64,000 nucleotides of DNA from Deltaproteobacteria bacterium (GTDB taxonomy: Bacteria > Bdellovibrionota_B > Oligoflexia > Oligoflexales > CAIYRB01): positions 9,501 to 73,500 of the forward strand of contig VGTI01000002.1 in NCBI GenBank assembly GCA_016874735.1, in the 5' to 3' direction. Positions 1 to 10,506 of the stretch are shown here, in pieces. The position numbers and the translations under genes are program-made. Under the pieces are notes generated by a model. That model worked only from the letters and a program-made list of their open reading frames with translations, did not search any database and had not been told where the DNA came from. The first letter of the stretch is position 1; each line of letters opens with the position of its first letter.

Positions 1-744
1 TCGCGCGCATCGGTCAATCCAGACAAGGCACCGTGGACTCCAGAACTAACGACCGAATTCCTTGAAGAGTTTGCTCATCGCAGCTCAACGCCCCAGCCCG
101 GCTCGGGAATTGGTGTCAGTATCGGCAACCTGAGTCTTGAAATTTCCAAGTTCACGAAGACCGAGTTTCACCTCATGAAGCGTCTCGATTCTCTGAAAAA
201 TGAAATCCTGGCACTCAAGTATGCTGATTCCAGATACAACAAAAATCCGGTCGACTTGCTCGATGGTAAGTTTCCCGCGCATAAGACTGCGTTCACGGCT
301 GATCATAGCATCGCCCCCGTGGTCCGGCTAAATGGCATACTGATCGGTATCGATAAAATCGGCCACTTCATGGAGCAGGGCTGGTGGTACTATCAGGCTG
401 AACAACAGGGCATGCTGGCCGGCCCTCAAGAGCGATGGGCTTTTGGTCAATATATGGAAGGTGATGACGCTCTACCCACGAGCGATCATAAACGCTACGA
501 TGAGATTTACGGACGCTTTTGCTGGGTCTGCACTGTTGGTGGCGGTTTTGGATTTTTTGGGGCGCGCTCGACCGGTGTCGTTTCGTACGGAGACATGCAC
601 GCCAATGAGAGTGGCTACCAATTCTTCGATCAGCTCGCAAAAGATCCTGGAAATTACGTATTCCAACTATCAAGGTATCCAGTAGACACCTGGAACGAAG
701 AGGTATCACCAAGTAAATTCGTCGGTGGTCTCCGGGCCGATTAA
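1..744 (+). CDS. hypothetical protein, 5'-truncated at the window edge
   Basis: Frame 1 is open from base 1 to the TAA at 742-744, with no stop upstream of the Met at 175. The ORF therefore enters from outside the window. No motif recognised. Confidence 0.5.
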   Translation, partial: SRASVNPDKAPWTPELTTEFLEEFAHRSSTPQPGSGIGVSIGNLSLEISKFTKTEFHLMKRLDSLKNEILALKYADSRYNKNPVDLLDGKFPAHKTAFTADHSIAPVVRLNGILIGIDKIGHFMEQGWWYYQAEQQGMLAGPQERWAFGQYMEGDDALPTSDHKRYDEIYGRFCWVCTVGGGFGFFGARSTGVVSYGDMHANESGYQFFDQLAKDPGNYVFQLSRYPVDTWNEEVSPSKFVGGLRAD

Positions 745-749
745 CTTGC

Positions 750-2162
750 CTAGAATTTTACCACCAAGCCGACGCCAGCGGTGGTCAGATTGCGCTTATT
801 GGGCAGACTCTGCACCACCTGCTTCACAGCAGGCGGAGCCTGATCGCTGGATCCTAAAGCCCTTAGTGAGTCGGTAATCCGAAAACAAAACTCCCCATAG
901 TCACCAAAGCACCGGCTGACATAGGCTTGAAGGTCGGCTTCCTTATGGATCCTGATACTACTGGTTAGACGCACTAAATGCGTTTCGTCACTAAGGTTGC
1001 TCAGGCTATTGAGAAAGAAACTGATATCGGTGAGGGATCCAGGATTGGGCAAATTCATGTAGATAGCCAGATAGCGCCTACCCGCATAAAGTCCGGGCGA
1101 CTGACCATTGACCATGGAATATAGCTCCAAATCTCTTTGATCATAACCAAACTGATTATAGAAGTACTCAGCACCGATTGTGATGACATCGTCCGCACTA
1201 TATTTGATCGTCCGGTCCATACCCCAAAGAGATTGCACAAACCATTTTTCGTTATCCCGGTAAGGTGTTGGAAGTTCTCCGGTCGCGGGACTAATCTTCC
1301 CTTTGTATAGAGTCTGGCTGTGCCGTTTGGTAACCACCGTTTCGGTATGGATGTCGACGGGACCTAGACCCACTGAAAGATCGATTGCTGCCCTCAGGGG
1401 AGCATGGGCTGCGGTCTGTAGGCTTAGGGCTAATTCCCCGATACCACCGAAAGCAAATTCGCCGCGTAAAGCGCCCGATAATTGATCTACACGTTTTGCA
1501 TTAGGATAGAGTAGAACGGCATATAGGTTATAGCCTTGACGCTCAAATGGAAGATGCACACGTAGCATGTCGACCCCGAGGCGACGGTCAAAAAGCGCTA
1601 AGGGATCAACCACGCGAATCGACGTAAAGTCGCTAGGATTCCAAAGACGCCCACTACCCCATCGCACGTGCTGCTTGCCGTAGGTCACAAAAATCTTCTG
1701 GGCAATATCCCATTTGAGCCACATTTCATCGATATCAGATCGCACACAGCCGCTGACACACACATCATTGAGCAGGCCACCGTCAGACGTCACACCTGGG
1801 GTGCCACCGTTGGATCCACCCTCAGATAAACGCAACCGCAAAAAGGAGCGTAGGTTGGTGTTTGGTCGCGTATCAAAATACAAGTCAGCCTGTTTGAGAC
1901 GCGTGAGTTCACTGTCGGCTGCTCTTGTGGCTTCACGGTTGACACTGTCCAGCCTGACTTCGAGACGCCCACCGATTTGTAAGGTATCAGCTAAGCGTTG
2001 TGCCATACCTTTTTGGCCATCGGAAGTCGCAACCACACGCGGCGCAACCATCTCGGCCGGTGTCGCCTCAGGTGCCCCAAAAATCTCCTGATCGCGATCA
2101 TCAACCGCCAAAGCAGATGTCGCCATTACAGCACTCGTAATCAGAGTCAGGCCAAACAGCAT
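750..2162 (-). CDS. putative outer-membrane beta-barrel protein
   Basis: 470-aa ORF with a Sec signal (MLFGLTLITSAVMATSALA). It has no long hydrophobic helices and is rich in Gly/Tyr/Arg. The C-terminus ...GVGLVVKF ends in Phe, as in an OMP beta-signal. Confidence 0.6.
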   Translation of the reverse strand: MLFGLTLITSAVMATSALAVDDRDQEIFGAPEATPAEMVAPRVVATSDGQKGMAQRLADTLQIGGRLEVRLDSVNREATRAADSELTRLKQADLYFDTRPNTNLRSFLRLRLSEGGSNGGTPGVTSDGGLLNDVCVSGCVRSDIDEMWLKWDIAQKIFVTYGKQHVRWGSGRLWNPSDFTSIRVVDPLALFDRRLGVDMLRVHLPFERQGYNLYAVLLYPNAKRVDQLSGALRGEFAFGGIGELALSLQTAAHAPLRAAIDLSVGLGPVDIHTETVVTKRHSQTLYKGKISPATGELPTPYRDNEKWFVQSLWGMDRTIKYSADDVITIGAEYFYNQFGYDQRDLELYSMVNGQSPGLYAGRRYLAIYMNLPNPGSLTDISFFLNSLSNLSDETHLVRLTSSIRIHKEADLQAYVSRCFGDYGEFCFRITDSLRALGSSDQAPPAVKQVVQSLPNKRNLTTAGVGLVVKF

Positions 2163-2269
2163 CGCCGCTCCTTGCTCACCAGTTAACTTTGTGGGATCAG
2201 ATGCTACATAGGTTTAAGCCCCCATGTTACCATAGCAACAAAAGACACCAACTAAGGATCTCGCTCCCC

Positions 2270-2449
2270 ATGAAATACGGTGCCAAAATTTCTATCCTCA
2301 TTGGTCTCGCGGTGATGGCACTGCCCGACTGCCGCCGCGACAAAAAGAGTGCCACCCCGGAACCAGTTGCATCAACGGCTCAACCGCCATCGGACTGGGA
2401 CGGGTCTTCTGATTGGTCTGCTTCATCTTTCGAGGTGATCCAAGAATGA
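2270..2449 (+). CDS. small putative secreted protein or lipoprotein (59 aa)
   Basis: Internal Met of ORF 2189..2449 gives MKYGAKISILIGLAVMALPDC..., a hydrophobic signal followed by Cys. AAGGA lies about 11 nt upstream. Its TGA overlaps the ATG of the next gene (ATGA at 2446-2449), which suggests translational coupling. Confidence 0.35.
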   Translation: MKYGAKISILIGLAVMALPDCRRDKKSATPEPVASTAQPPSDWDGSSDWSASSFEVIQE

Positions 2450-4149
2450 AAAACCACTACTTTTACCTCGCTCTTGCCGTTTTTTTTGCTTCGCATTGTG
2501 GGCAACAAGGTGGTCAGAGGTTTGTGCGCTCAGATTTGCGCCATATACTCCGGATTACAGACGGCGCTGCGTCAGCTGCCACCACCATTTGGTCGGGCCA
2601 CGGCATGTCTCTCACCGCTAATGAACAAAACCAAGAACCCAATGAATTCAAAAGATGGGCGCAGGACCGTAAATTAGTGATCGTAAATCTGCCCGAAAGT
2701 GGCGCCCTTTCAAACTCTTTGGCAGCATCAGAAAGCACTCTTGCCTATGCTCCTCCTTCCGCAGTTGATGCGGGATTTGCCTTGATTGAGATTTTAAATC
2801 AGGAGCAAGAGACTAAACTTGCCGAAGCCGCTCATGCTGGAGCCCACGGCTGCGGCATGCTACAGCGCCTGAGGCTACTTGATAATTATGCGCCACCTAG
2901 CTCCTTCATAGCCCCGGTGTTTATCGAATCTGTAAAACGACAAGCGGTTGCAGATTTCGTCGCCGTCAATGTAACCACCGTCAAAAGTTCCTTACAGGCA
3001 TCCATCCAGGCACTTGAGGGCCTAGGCACTCGATTCCATACAACGGCAAGTGGTTTAAACGCTCCGGTCGCGATCAAAGGTATGTTTGAAGCAGCGGCTG
3101 CCAGTCGCATCAGTGGTCTCAGCGTCCGCCTGATCCCGCATGCCGGAAGTAGCCAAAATTCCGTCATCGTAACCATCCCTGGCAGGGATGATCCGCAGGC
3201 ATCTGGACCGGTAGTCATCATTGGCGCTCATCTCGATAGTATCAATAGCGGTGGCGAACAAAGTCCAGCACCGGGTGCCGACGATGACGCTAGCGGCATC
3301 GCGACTCTCATCGAAATTGTACGGCGGATCGCCGCCAGTGGAGCTCAGTTTCAACGCACGATTGAGCTTCACGCCTATGGCGCAGAAGAAGTAGGACTCA
3401 TCGGTAGCTCGGAAATTGCTGAAAGCTACCAAAAGGCGCAGCGCCAGGTTGTAGCGATGATGCAGTACGACATGGACGCTTGGGCCAGCGATCCAGCATC
3501 CGATACGATTTACCTCGTAACTAACGCGACGAGAGCAGTGCTTAGGCGTTCACTCAAGACTCTAATTAATTCTTATATGGGTGGTAATGTGGTCGAGGGC
3601 ACCCTGAAGGCTGGACAGTCCGATCATGTGTCGTGGACTGCCTCCGGTTTCAATGCCGTATTTCCATTCGAAAACCCCATAAACTACAACCTGGCACTCC
3701 ATAGCACGCGGGATACCACAGAGACGCTTAACAACCTGAATCTTTCCGTTAGATTTGTCCAAAGTGGACTAGTGCTGCTGGCCCACCATGCGGGTCTCAC
3801 ATCAGCTGAGTCTGGCTACGAAACTGACCTTAAGGCAATGCGCAGTTCACTTGCCAAGGATCTATTCCTGGCCGTCAATAATGGCAGCAAATCCGATCAG
3901 TATAACTTGTTCGTGGCGGGTGGATCGGCGATCAAGACGATCGAGCTCTGCGAAACCCATCAAGCAGGTACGATGACCTGTTTTAAAGAGTCGCTAGGAA
4001 GTAACTCCGGCACTACCAAGGCTGCTCGTACAATCTTTAATATCGGCAAAGATATAATCATCCGCAACGGCATTCACCTTTCCGTTTTCGGCTACGATGC
4101 CAATGAGCGTTTAGTGGCGCAGCGCTCAGTGAGACTGGATAAAAAGTAG
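2446..4149 (+). CDS. M28-family zinc aminopeptidase (secreted)
   Basis: The start is taken at MKNHYFYLALAVFFASHC (signal-like). M28 metal-ligand motifs occur in order: IIGAHLDS, GADDDASG, YGAEEVGLIGS, QYDMDAW, SDHVSW. Confidence 0.8.
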   Translation: MKNHYFYLALAVFFASHCGQQGGQRFVRSDLRHILRITDGAASAATTIWSGHGMSLTANEQNQEPNEFKRWAQDRKLVIVNLPESGALSNSLAASESTLAYAPPSAVDAGFALIEILNQEQETKLAEAAHAGAHGCGMLQRLRLLDNYAPPSSFIAPVFIESVKRQAVADFVAVNVTTVKSSLQASIQALEGLGTRFHTTASGLNAPVAIKGMFEAAAASRISGLSVRLIPHAGSSQNSVIVTIPGRDDPQASGPVVIIGAHLDSINSGGEQSPAPGADDDASGIATLIEIVRRIAASGAQFQRTIELHAYGAEEVGLIGSSEIAESYQKAQRQVVAMMQYDMDAWASDPASDTIYLVTNATRAVLRRSLKTLINSYMGGNVVEGTLKAGQSDHVSWTASGFNAVFPFENPINYNLALHSTRDTTETLNNLNLSVRFVQSGLVLLAHHAGLTSAESGYETDLKAMRSSLAKDLFLAVNNGSKSDQYNLFVAGGSAIKTIELCETHQAGTMTCFKESLGSNSGTTKAARTIFNIGKDIIIRNGIHLSVFGYDANERLVAQRSVRLDKK

Positions 4150-4150
4150 G

Positions 4151-4927
4151 TTAACGACTCTGCGACTCGAGCCAGGCCTTGGTAAACATATTGGCGTCCA
4201 GTGGCTCCAACTTAACCTCGCGCAAGGCGACAGTAGTCGCATTACCTTTGTCTACTTCGTCAAATACACGAATCTCTTTGGGCATGTAGACTTCTGCCCC
4301 CTTGGACTTACTAAACATCTTTTGCCAGCTGGGGTAATAGCTGGTACGCAGTAACTTGCCTGACAAGGCAAACTCCTGCCTTTTCATAACGTTTTTTTCG
4401 TTCTGATCAATCCAGAGCTCGACTATAGGACTAGCAACATCGATGCCAGGCTTAGCATTGAGCTTGAGATGATATACTTTGAACTTGCCGAGATTTTCGT
4501 CAGCCACGAACGCAGCATCGTATTCGTCAGCTAAACGCGATTGGTCAAAGTCGTCGCGACGGCTATTGGTCCCAGCGATCGAAGCACGCTCCGTCTGACG
4601 CTCCCATTTTCCGAGTGCTGGCTCATACAAAAATAAGTTCTTCTCGAGTCGTAGATAGCCCTTACCAGCTTCAGCTTTAGGCTTGGTAAAGAGGATCATC
4701 AGCTTCTCATCAGCATCCCGCCTGTAGACGCGGGCCTCGAATGCCTTGGTAGCGCCGTCTTTGGTCTTCTGATCGATAAACACCACGGAGGCGTAGTCAC
4801 CGACGTTACGCTGCCGCGTGTCGACAAGTTTTACAAGCTCGCGCACCTCTTGGTCAGCAATAGCCAGAGCCACCGGGGTTGAGAGGTTGGAGAATGCTAA
4901 GCCTAGGAACCAATACCGTAGCTTCAT
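4151..4927 (-). CDS. LolA-like outer-membrane lipoprotein-sorting family protein
   Basis: The best start is the ATG at 4927, preceded by GAGGAG. The longer ORF start at 4954 would overlap the upstream gene. Signal peptide MKLRYWFLGLAFSNLSTPVALA. It is the last gene of the FtsX/ABC operon. The family call is from memory of the LolA_like fold family. Confidence 0.55.
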   Translation of the reverse strand: MKLRYWFLGLAFSNLSTPVALAIADQEVRELVKLVDTRQRNVGDYASVVFIDQKTKDGATKAFEARVYRRDADEKLMILFTKPKAEAGKGYLRLEKNLFLYEPALGKWERQTERASIAGTNSRRDDFDQSRLADEYDAAFVADENLGKFKVYHLKLNAKPGIDVASPIVELWIDQNEKNVMKRQEFALSGKLLRTSYYPSWQKMFSKSKGAEVYMPKEIRVFDEVDKGNATTVALREVKLEPLDANMFTKAWLESQSR

Positions 4928-4943
4928 GATGTTTCTCCTCTGA

Positions 4944-6281
4944 CTACTTGCCACTCATCAATGCCTCTACGGGACGTAGTCCGGCAGCTTTCAGCGCAGG
5001 ATATAACGAAGCAAAGCCCGTCACAGCAGCAAACAGAATGAGAGTCGATAAAAACTGAGTCGCATGGACTGAAAATTTAAGCGTATTGGTCATCAAAAAG
5101 AGACGAACGCCCTCGCTAGTGACAGGTATTTTCAGCACATTTACCAACAAAATACCACCGACACCTAAGCACGCACCTATCGTCGCTGCCATCACGCCGA
5201 GTAGGCAAGCCTCAGCCACAAACATCTCCACGATCAGGGTCTTTGGCGCGCCAATGGCACGCATCGTGCCAATCTCTTTGGTCCGCTCCCTCACCGCCAT
5301 CCACATCGCGTTGACGATGCCTCCGACTATGATCATCGCGAGAATGGCGACGACAAAAAACGAGACAAGATCGAGGGCCCGCGTCACCCAAAGCACAAAA
5401 GAAATTTCATCACTCCAGATTGTTAGATCAAGGCGCTGACCGAGCCAATCTTCGCCGGAGACTTTATCAAACTTAAAGAAAAACGGCCGAGGATCATGAT
5501 CCATCACGGTGAACCCGGATTTAGTAAGATCCTGGCGCAGCCGCTCCATCACGGCTGTGGCGCGATCTGGGTCTGGTAAGTAGACCATAACGACCCCGGT
5601 GCTGTTGTCCTGAATGCGATAAAGATCAAGCACGGTGCGCCGCGGGACAAATATATTCCAATTACTCATAAATCCGATATCGGCTGCGATGGCCACCACC
5701 GTTAAATCAACGGTATTAGCCTTTGCTCCTTCCACCACCATGGTGATGTTGTCGCCAATGGTGACACCTAGCTTTTTGGCCTGAGCAGCAAATATTAGGA
5801 CTGTATTGGGTTTCTGAAGGTCAGTAAAATTACCGAGAGGTTGATCCCTGCCACCCTCTTTATAAGATGATTCAGGTGCCAGTTGCAGCGCTTGAAAAAA
5901 GCGGGTCTCATCGGCGTACTCGATCCCGCTGACGCCTACATTAAATGACGATTGCGGCCCGACCAACCTACCCCATCCACGATGACGGTCGATAACCGTG
6001 GTTGCCTCAGGAACCGACTTACGCACGGCTTCTTTTACCCCAGCCCTGTCGCTGATAAGGGGGTCAGAACCCTTCTTACGCGCTTTGAAAAAGCCACCTA
6101 TATTAACGTGACCGGCAGAGAGTGTGGTCGCCGATTCAATCATCCGCTCAGCGACCGAACCCGATACCACGCGCAGTGTGAGAAAAAGAGCTGCCACTAA
6201 CGCAATCGCCAACCCCAGCAAAAGTGTTCTCCGACGAGCCTGCAGCAGGTTACGGAAGGCGATCCTAAAGATCGTCACCAT
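4944..6281 (-). CDS. ABC transporter permease, FtsX/MacB/LolC type
   Basis: N-terminal FRIAFRNLLQARRRTLL plus a TM segment, a roughly 250-aa periplasmic domain, and a C-terminal FtsX block (RTKEIGTMRAIGA followed by 3 TM). The start overlaps the upstream stop (TAATG). Confidence 0.8.
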   Translation of the reverse strand: MVTIFRIAFRNLLQARRRTLLLGLAIALVAALFLTLRVVSGSVAERMIESATTLSAGHVNIGGFFKARKKGSDPLISDRAGVKEAVRKSVPEATTVIDRHRGWGRLVGPQSSFNVGVSGIEYADETRFFQALQLAPESSYKEGGRDQPLGNFTDLQKPNTVLIFAAQAKKLGVTIGDNITMVVEGAKANTVDLTVVAIAADIGFMSNWNIFVPRRTVLDLYRIQDNSTGVVMVYLPDPDRATAVMERLRQDLTKSGFTVMDHDPRPFFFKFDKVSGEDWLGQRLDLTIWSDEISFVLWVTRALDLVSFFVVAILAMIIVGGIVNAMWMAVRERTKEIGTMRAIGAPKTLIVEMFVAEACLLGVMAATIGACLGVGGILLVNVLKIPVTSEGVRLFLMTNTLKFSVHATQFLSTLILFAAVTGFASLYPALKAAGLRPVEALMSGK

Positions 6282-8395
6282 TACTCTTTCTCCTGAGTTG
6301 CATCGGCTGGCTGCACTTTAGCTGCGTGTCTCGCAGCATATACAGAGGCCAGAGTTGCAAATAGTGTGATCAAAAGTGGGACCAGGGTTACGACTTGCCA
6401 GTGCACCACGGGATAGAGGCGAGGACCAGAGAAGATAAAGGTCACGACATCATTGGCAGCAGGAATGCCCTTCCGGCTTGCCGCTACCACTGCGACCACT
6501 GCCAACGCCGCCCCACCGAACGCTCCAAACATCCCCGTAATCCCTGTCTCAGCCAAGAAGAGAGCGACGATAAAGGAACGCTGAGCACCAATAGCTCGCA
6601 TCGTCCCGATCTCACGGGTTCTGTTTAAAGTACCCACGATAATCGAATTGTTGATGATGACAAACGCTACCAAAAAAATAACGACCAGGGCAAAGACCAA
6701 GGTACCGCCGACGATATTGACGAATTGTCCCACAATACCCGAGGCCTGTTGCCAGTCGACGATGTTTAATTTAAAACCCTTTTTCTCAAGGTCGGCTCCC
6801 AGTTCCGCTTCAGTACGCGCCTGCTGTGACGGATCCTTAAGCCTAATCGCAGCGTTTAGGGCAAGACCGCTCTGCACCTCTGCTGGGTCAAAGCTATCGG
6901 CCAAAGTAGGTTTGACCAATACTACTTGTGAAGCATCCAGCCCATTAAGGGCCTGACCCATTGTTGTCTCGACTGCTGCCCCGGAGGCAGTTCCGGCTTC
7001 ACCAAATAAAGCCGCCTCAGCATCCTCGGCCTGGACTTCTTTGAGACCGACTTGAGCGCGCATCGCCTCAAGTTCCTTCCGCGATGCCTCTGTCATTTGA
7101 CCGTAAAGCTCACGAAAGCTCACCAAGTCCATGATATTTAAAACACCGGCTAGATCGGAGTCCTCAAGACCGTCAAAATTATAGATGCCATATACCTTTA
7201 AAGGTAGCGTCTTGATGTAGCCACTACGCGTATAGTTCCGGACGGTAATCGTCTGTCCCGGGTATACTTCATACAGTTTGATCTTGGGTGCTATGTGCTC
7301 GTAAAACCATTGATAGCGCTCTAGGAAGTTATCATCGTCCACGGTCAGAAAGGCGCTAATTTGCCTACTCAGTCGCTGGAGTAGGTCAGGGCTTTGATCA
7401 CTAATGCCGCGCGCGCTCAGCTTAGCACTCAGATCCTCAGCATTAGCACGGTCCAAATAAGACAGTATTTGTTGGTACTGCTTACTCAGATCGACAGCAA
7501 ATCTCTGATTTTCCTCATCGCCGGCAATCCTGGCGCCGCGTTTAACGATGCGCTTGTGAAGCTTATCAAAAAGCTTAGCTACACCATTCTTAAGAAGCTC
7601 TTCACGCACCTTGCGACTTAGCATGATGCCACGTTGCCCTGGCTCTAGGACTGTGCCTTCGATCACGCGAAATTTGGGAAAGTTGGCCCGATAGATCGCT
7701 ATGTCTGTACCTATATACTGAAGGTAAGTCGGCAGTTTCTCGCCCGAGAGGGGAGCGATCTTGGTCTCCAGGAACTGCAGCTGCTCTTCGGTTAGCGGTG
7801 TCCCGGGCGCCAAAAAATCCGGGGCCAAAGCACGCGCTAAGTCTTTTTCTTGTTGCTCGAGCTCCGCTTGATCCGCTGACAAAAGTCGCCTGGCTGCAAG
7901 CTCTAGCTTGACCTGTTCCAGCTGGAATCTGATCTGCTCAATACGACCGGTGATGATTCCCTGATCTCCCCCTTTAAGGGCAACCCGAAGTGCATCAATA
8001 GCGTCGTCGAGTTCGTTACCTCGACTTAATACCGCCATATCTAGGCCCATGGGGACAAAGGCGGCAACGTTTGGATGACTGAGTACAGCATCTTTATACG
8101 GTGAAAAGTCGGGCAAGCTGCCTATGTCAGCCCTTCCCATAAATCCACCGCCACCAAAAAGGGCGAGTTTATCTTTGGCTTTGGCCGCGTATATCTGCAG
8201 ATCACCGGCGATACTCTGGGTAATGCTGGCCCGCATAGATGCCTGAACGTCGAGCAAAAGCGACAGTCCAATCACTGCCAAGAAAGCACCAGCGGCAATG
8301 AGCCCACCGATGATGAAGGTACGCAGACGGTCAAGCCAAAGATTTCGCAAGGCCACCGCACCAATGAGGCGAAACTGTGCCAGATCTGAAGTCAC
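6281..8395 (-). CDS. ABC transporter permease, FtsX type, with an enlarged extracytoplasmic domain
   Basis: N-terminal ALRNLWLDRLRTFI plus a TM segment, a roughly 550-aa insert with coiled-coil-like stretches, and a C-terminal RTREIGTMRAIGA FtsX block. There is a 4-nt overlap with the ATPase gene. Confidence 0.8.
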   Translation of the reverse strand: MTSDLAQFRLIGAVALRNLWLDRLRTFIIGGLIAAGAFLAVIGLSLLLDVQASMRASITQSIAGDLQIYAAKAKDKLALFGGGGFMGRADIGSLPDFSPYKDAVLSHPNVAAFVPMGLDMAVLSRGNELDDAIDALRVALKGGDQGIITGRIEQIRFQLEQVKLELAARRLLSADQAELEQQEKDLARALAPDFLAPGTPLTEEQLQFLETKIAPLSGEKLPTYLQYIGTDIAIYRANFPKFRVIEGTVLEPGQRGIMLSRKVREELLKNGVAKLFDKLHKRIVKRGARIAGDEENQRFAVDLSKQYQQILSYLDRANAEDLSAKLSARGISDQSPDLLQRLSRQISAFLTVDDDNFLERYQWFYEHIAPKIKLYEVYPGQTITVRNYTRSGYIKTLPLKVYGIYNFDGLEDSDLAGVLNIMDLVSFRELYGQMTEASRKELEAMRAQVGLKEVQAEDAEAALFGEAGTASGAAVETTMGQALNGLDASQVVLVKPTLADSFDPAEVQSGLALNAAIRLKDPSQQARTEAELGADLEKKGFKLNIVDWQQASGIVGQFVNIVGGTLVFALVVIFLVAFVIINNSIIVGTLNRTREIGTMRAIGAQRSFIVALFLAETGITGMFGAFGGAALAVVAVVAASRKGIPAANDVVTFIFSGPRLYPVVHWQVVTLVPLLITLFATLASVYAARHAAKVQPADATQEKE

Positions 8396-9081
8396 GATCT
8401 TTGCTCCGGCACGACATGACCATCTTTGAGCCGAATGATACGCCCTGCTTGACGCATCACTTGCGGGTCATGAGTCGAGAAAATAAAGGTTGTCTTGTGC
8501 GTCTTATTTATGTTTTTCATGAGCTCAATGATACGCTCACCTGTAGCAGAATCCAGGTTAGCCGTAGGTTCGTCAGCTAAGACGATGCGCGGGTTGGTGA
8601 CGAGCGCCCGAGCAATAGCAACGCGCTGCCTTTGACCACCAGAGAGCTCACTCGATCGTTGGTTCTGTTGTCTGACAAGATCAACTTCGGCTAACAGTGC
8701 CGCCACCTTCTCCTGACGCTCGGATCGTGACCAACGCCCCTGCAACAGGAGAGGAAACTCAATGTTTTGGAATACTGTCAGCACAGGGATGAGGTTAAAA
8801 CTCTGGAAAATGAAGCCGAGCTTTTCGAGGCGCAACCGCGTGAGATCGCGGTCCGCTAACTTAGCTATAGGCTGCCCCTCGATAAATACCTCACCTTTGG
8901 TAGGGACATCCATACAGCCAATAAGGTTGAGTAAAGTGGATTTACCACAGCCGGAGGGCCCAGCAATGGTCGTAAACTCACCTTCATCTATCGCGATGTC
9001 GATACCCGAAAGCGCACGCACCTCAGTCTTACCGAGGGGGTACACTTTTTCAACCCCCGCGATCTGAACTACAGCTGTCAT
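8392..9081 (-). CDS. ABC transporter ATP-binding protein (LolD/MacB-like)
   Basis: Walker A GPSGCGKST, signature LSGGQRQR, Walker B IVLADEPT and H-loop STHD are present. AAGGAAGG RBS upstream. Confidence 0.9.
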   Translation of the reverse strand: MTAVVQIAGVEKVYPLGKTEVRALSGIDIAIDEGEFTTIAGPSGCGKSTLLNLIGCMDVPTKGEVFIEGQPIAKLADRDLTRLRLEKLGFIFQSFNLIPVLTVFQNIEFPLLLQGRWSRSERQEKVAALLAEVDLVRQQNQRSSELSGGQRQRVAIARALVTNPRIVLADEPTANLDSATGERIIELMKNINKTHKTTFIFSTHDPQVMRQAGRIIRLKDGHVVPEQRS

Positions 9082-9095
9082 GAGTACCTTCCTTA

Positions 9096-10496
9096 CTAGC
9101 TTTTACTAGCTGTGGACTGAATGAGCTCACGAGCCCACTCGTCTTTAAACTGATTCCGTCCTGCGATCACACCGACCCGAAAATTAGTCAGCCATTTCTG
9201 TGCCAGGGACTTAATCTCCGCTGGCGTTACCCGTTCTAACTGTCGAGGCATATCATAATATTCATTGGCATCGCCAAAAAAGAACTCCGACGCCCCAAGG
9301 GTCGCTGCCATGGCCGCATGAGTCTCTTGCGTCAGATAATAGCTCGTAACAAACCCGCGTTTGTATTCGAGAAGCTCTTCCGCGGAATAGTCTTTTGCCT
9401 TTACTCTATCGACAACCTCGCGAATGGCCTTGAGTGTTTCCTCCGGCTTAGATGTCGAAGCATTGATCACGCCAATCCCGAGACTGTAATCGATGAGGAA
9501 TGCATGGACCGCGTAGGAGAGCGACCTCTTGGTTCGGATTTCTTCGCCTAGTTCCTCACTCAAAATTTCAAAAAGTAGACGCAAGGCTGTGGCACTGCCC
9601 TCGCGAATTCCTGGTGCGTTAAACTTTATCCTTATATAGGCAGTCGGCAATTCCCTATCCGATAGGGAATACGCCTGATTCTCAACAAACTGCGGCATCT
9701 TGGGATATACGTGCTTCACCCGTTTCGTTTTGATGGCGCCGAATACTTTATCTAAATCGGCAACGACTTTGACAGCCGGCATTGAGGTGACAACCACAAT
9801 AGCCATGTTGTCGGGACTCAGCAGCGAACGATGAAACTGTACTAAATCCTGACGCCCAAGTTTCTTGAGTTCTTGGAGTGCCTCATCATGATTCAAGCGG
9901 TAGGGGTGGCCAACGGGATAAAAGACGGAATTTACCACCTCGTTAACATAATCACCGGGATCACTGGGAAGGTCCTTTAACTGCGCTTCGATGCGCTGTC
10001 TGGTAAGCTCTACGTCTTCTTTGGTGAATGCTGGATCCTTAATGACGGCAGCGGCTAACTGCAAGGTCTGCGTCCAGTATTCGTTCAATGAGCCAACGGC
10101 ACAGGTAGAGGTTTCAATGCCTCCACCACACGCCATTTCAAGGCTGAACTTTTCGCTGATCTCGTACACTTTCTTCTTCGGATAGCCCCTAGCGGCTAGA
10201 GGCATGACACCCCACATCCACTCGTTTAATACTTTACGGCCCGGTGGCAGGTCTTTTAGTCCAGACGCAAAGTTTACCGACAAATGCACAATATCTGAGT
10301 CAGGGATACTGCGTACGATTACCGGCAAGCCGTTGCGCAAATGATGCTTGCTAGTCATGGACTTCTGCAAGTTGATGGACTCATCGGCAACAAGTTGATT
10401 TACAGCCAATGCCGATGCCGTAGGCAAAGACACGAGCATCCAGACTGTCGCTGTAAAAAAGGCCCCTAGCTGACAGAAATTAAGACGGCTATTCAT
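9096..10496 (-). CDS. M16 (pitrilysin) family protein, probably the non-catalytic subunit
   Basis: The start is taken at ATG 10496, 6 nt after AGGAGG. It has a signal peptide and M16-like length and organisation. The HxxEH position reads LNEWMWGV, so the zinc ligands are absent. Confidence 0.7.
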   Translation of the reverse strand: MNSRLNFCQLGAFFTATVWMLVSLPTASALAVNQLVADESINLQKSMTSKHHLRNGLPVIVRSIPDSDIVHLSVNFASGLKDLPPGRKVLNEWMWGVMPLAARGYPKKKVYEISEKFSLEMACGGGIETSTCAVGSLNEYWTQTLQLAAAVIKDPAFTKEDVELTRQRIEAQLKDLPSDPGDYVNEVVNSVFYPVGHPYRLNHDEALQELKKLGRQDLVQFHRSLLSPDNMAIVVVTSMPAVKVVADLDKVFGAIKTKRVKHVYPKMPQFVENQAYSLSDRELPTAYIRIKFNAPGIREGSATALRLLFEILSEELGEEIRTKRSLSYAVHAFLIDYSLGIGVINASTSKPEETLKAIREVVDRVKAKDYSAEELLEYKRGFVTSYYLTQETHAAMAATLGASEFFFGDANEYYDMPRQLERVTPAEIKSLAQKWLTNFRVGVIAGRNQFKDEWARELIQSTASKS

Positions 10497-10506
10497 GAAC
10501 TTCCTC

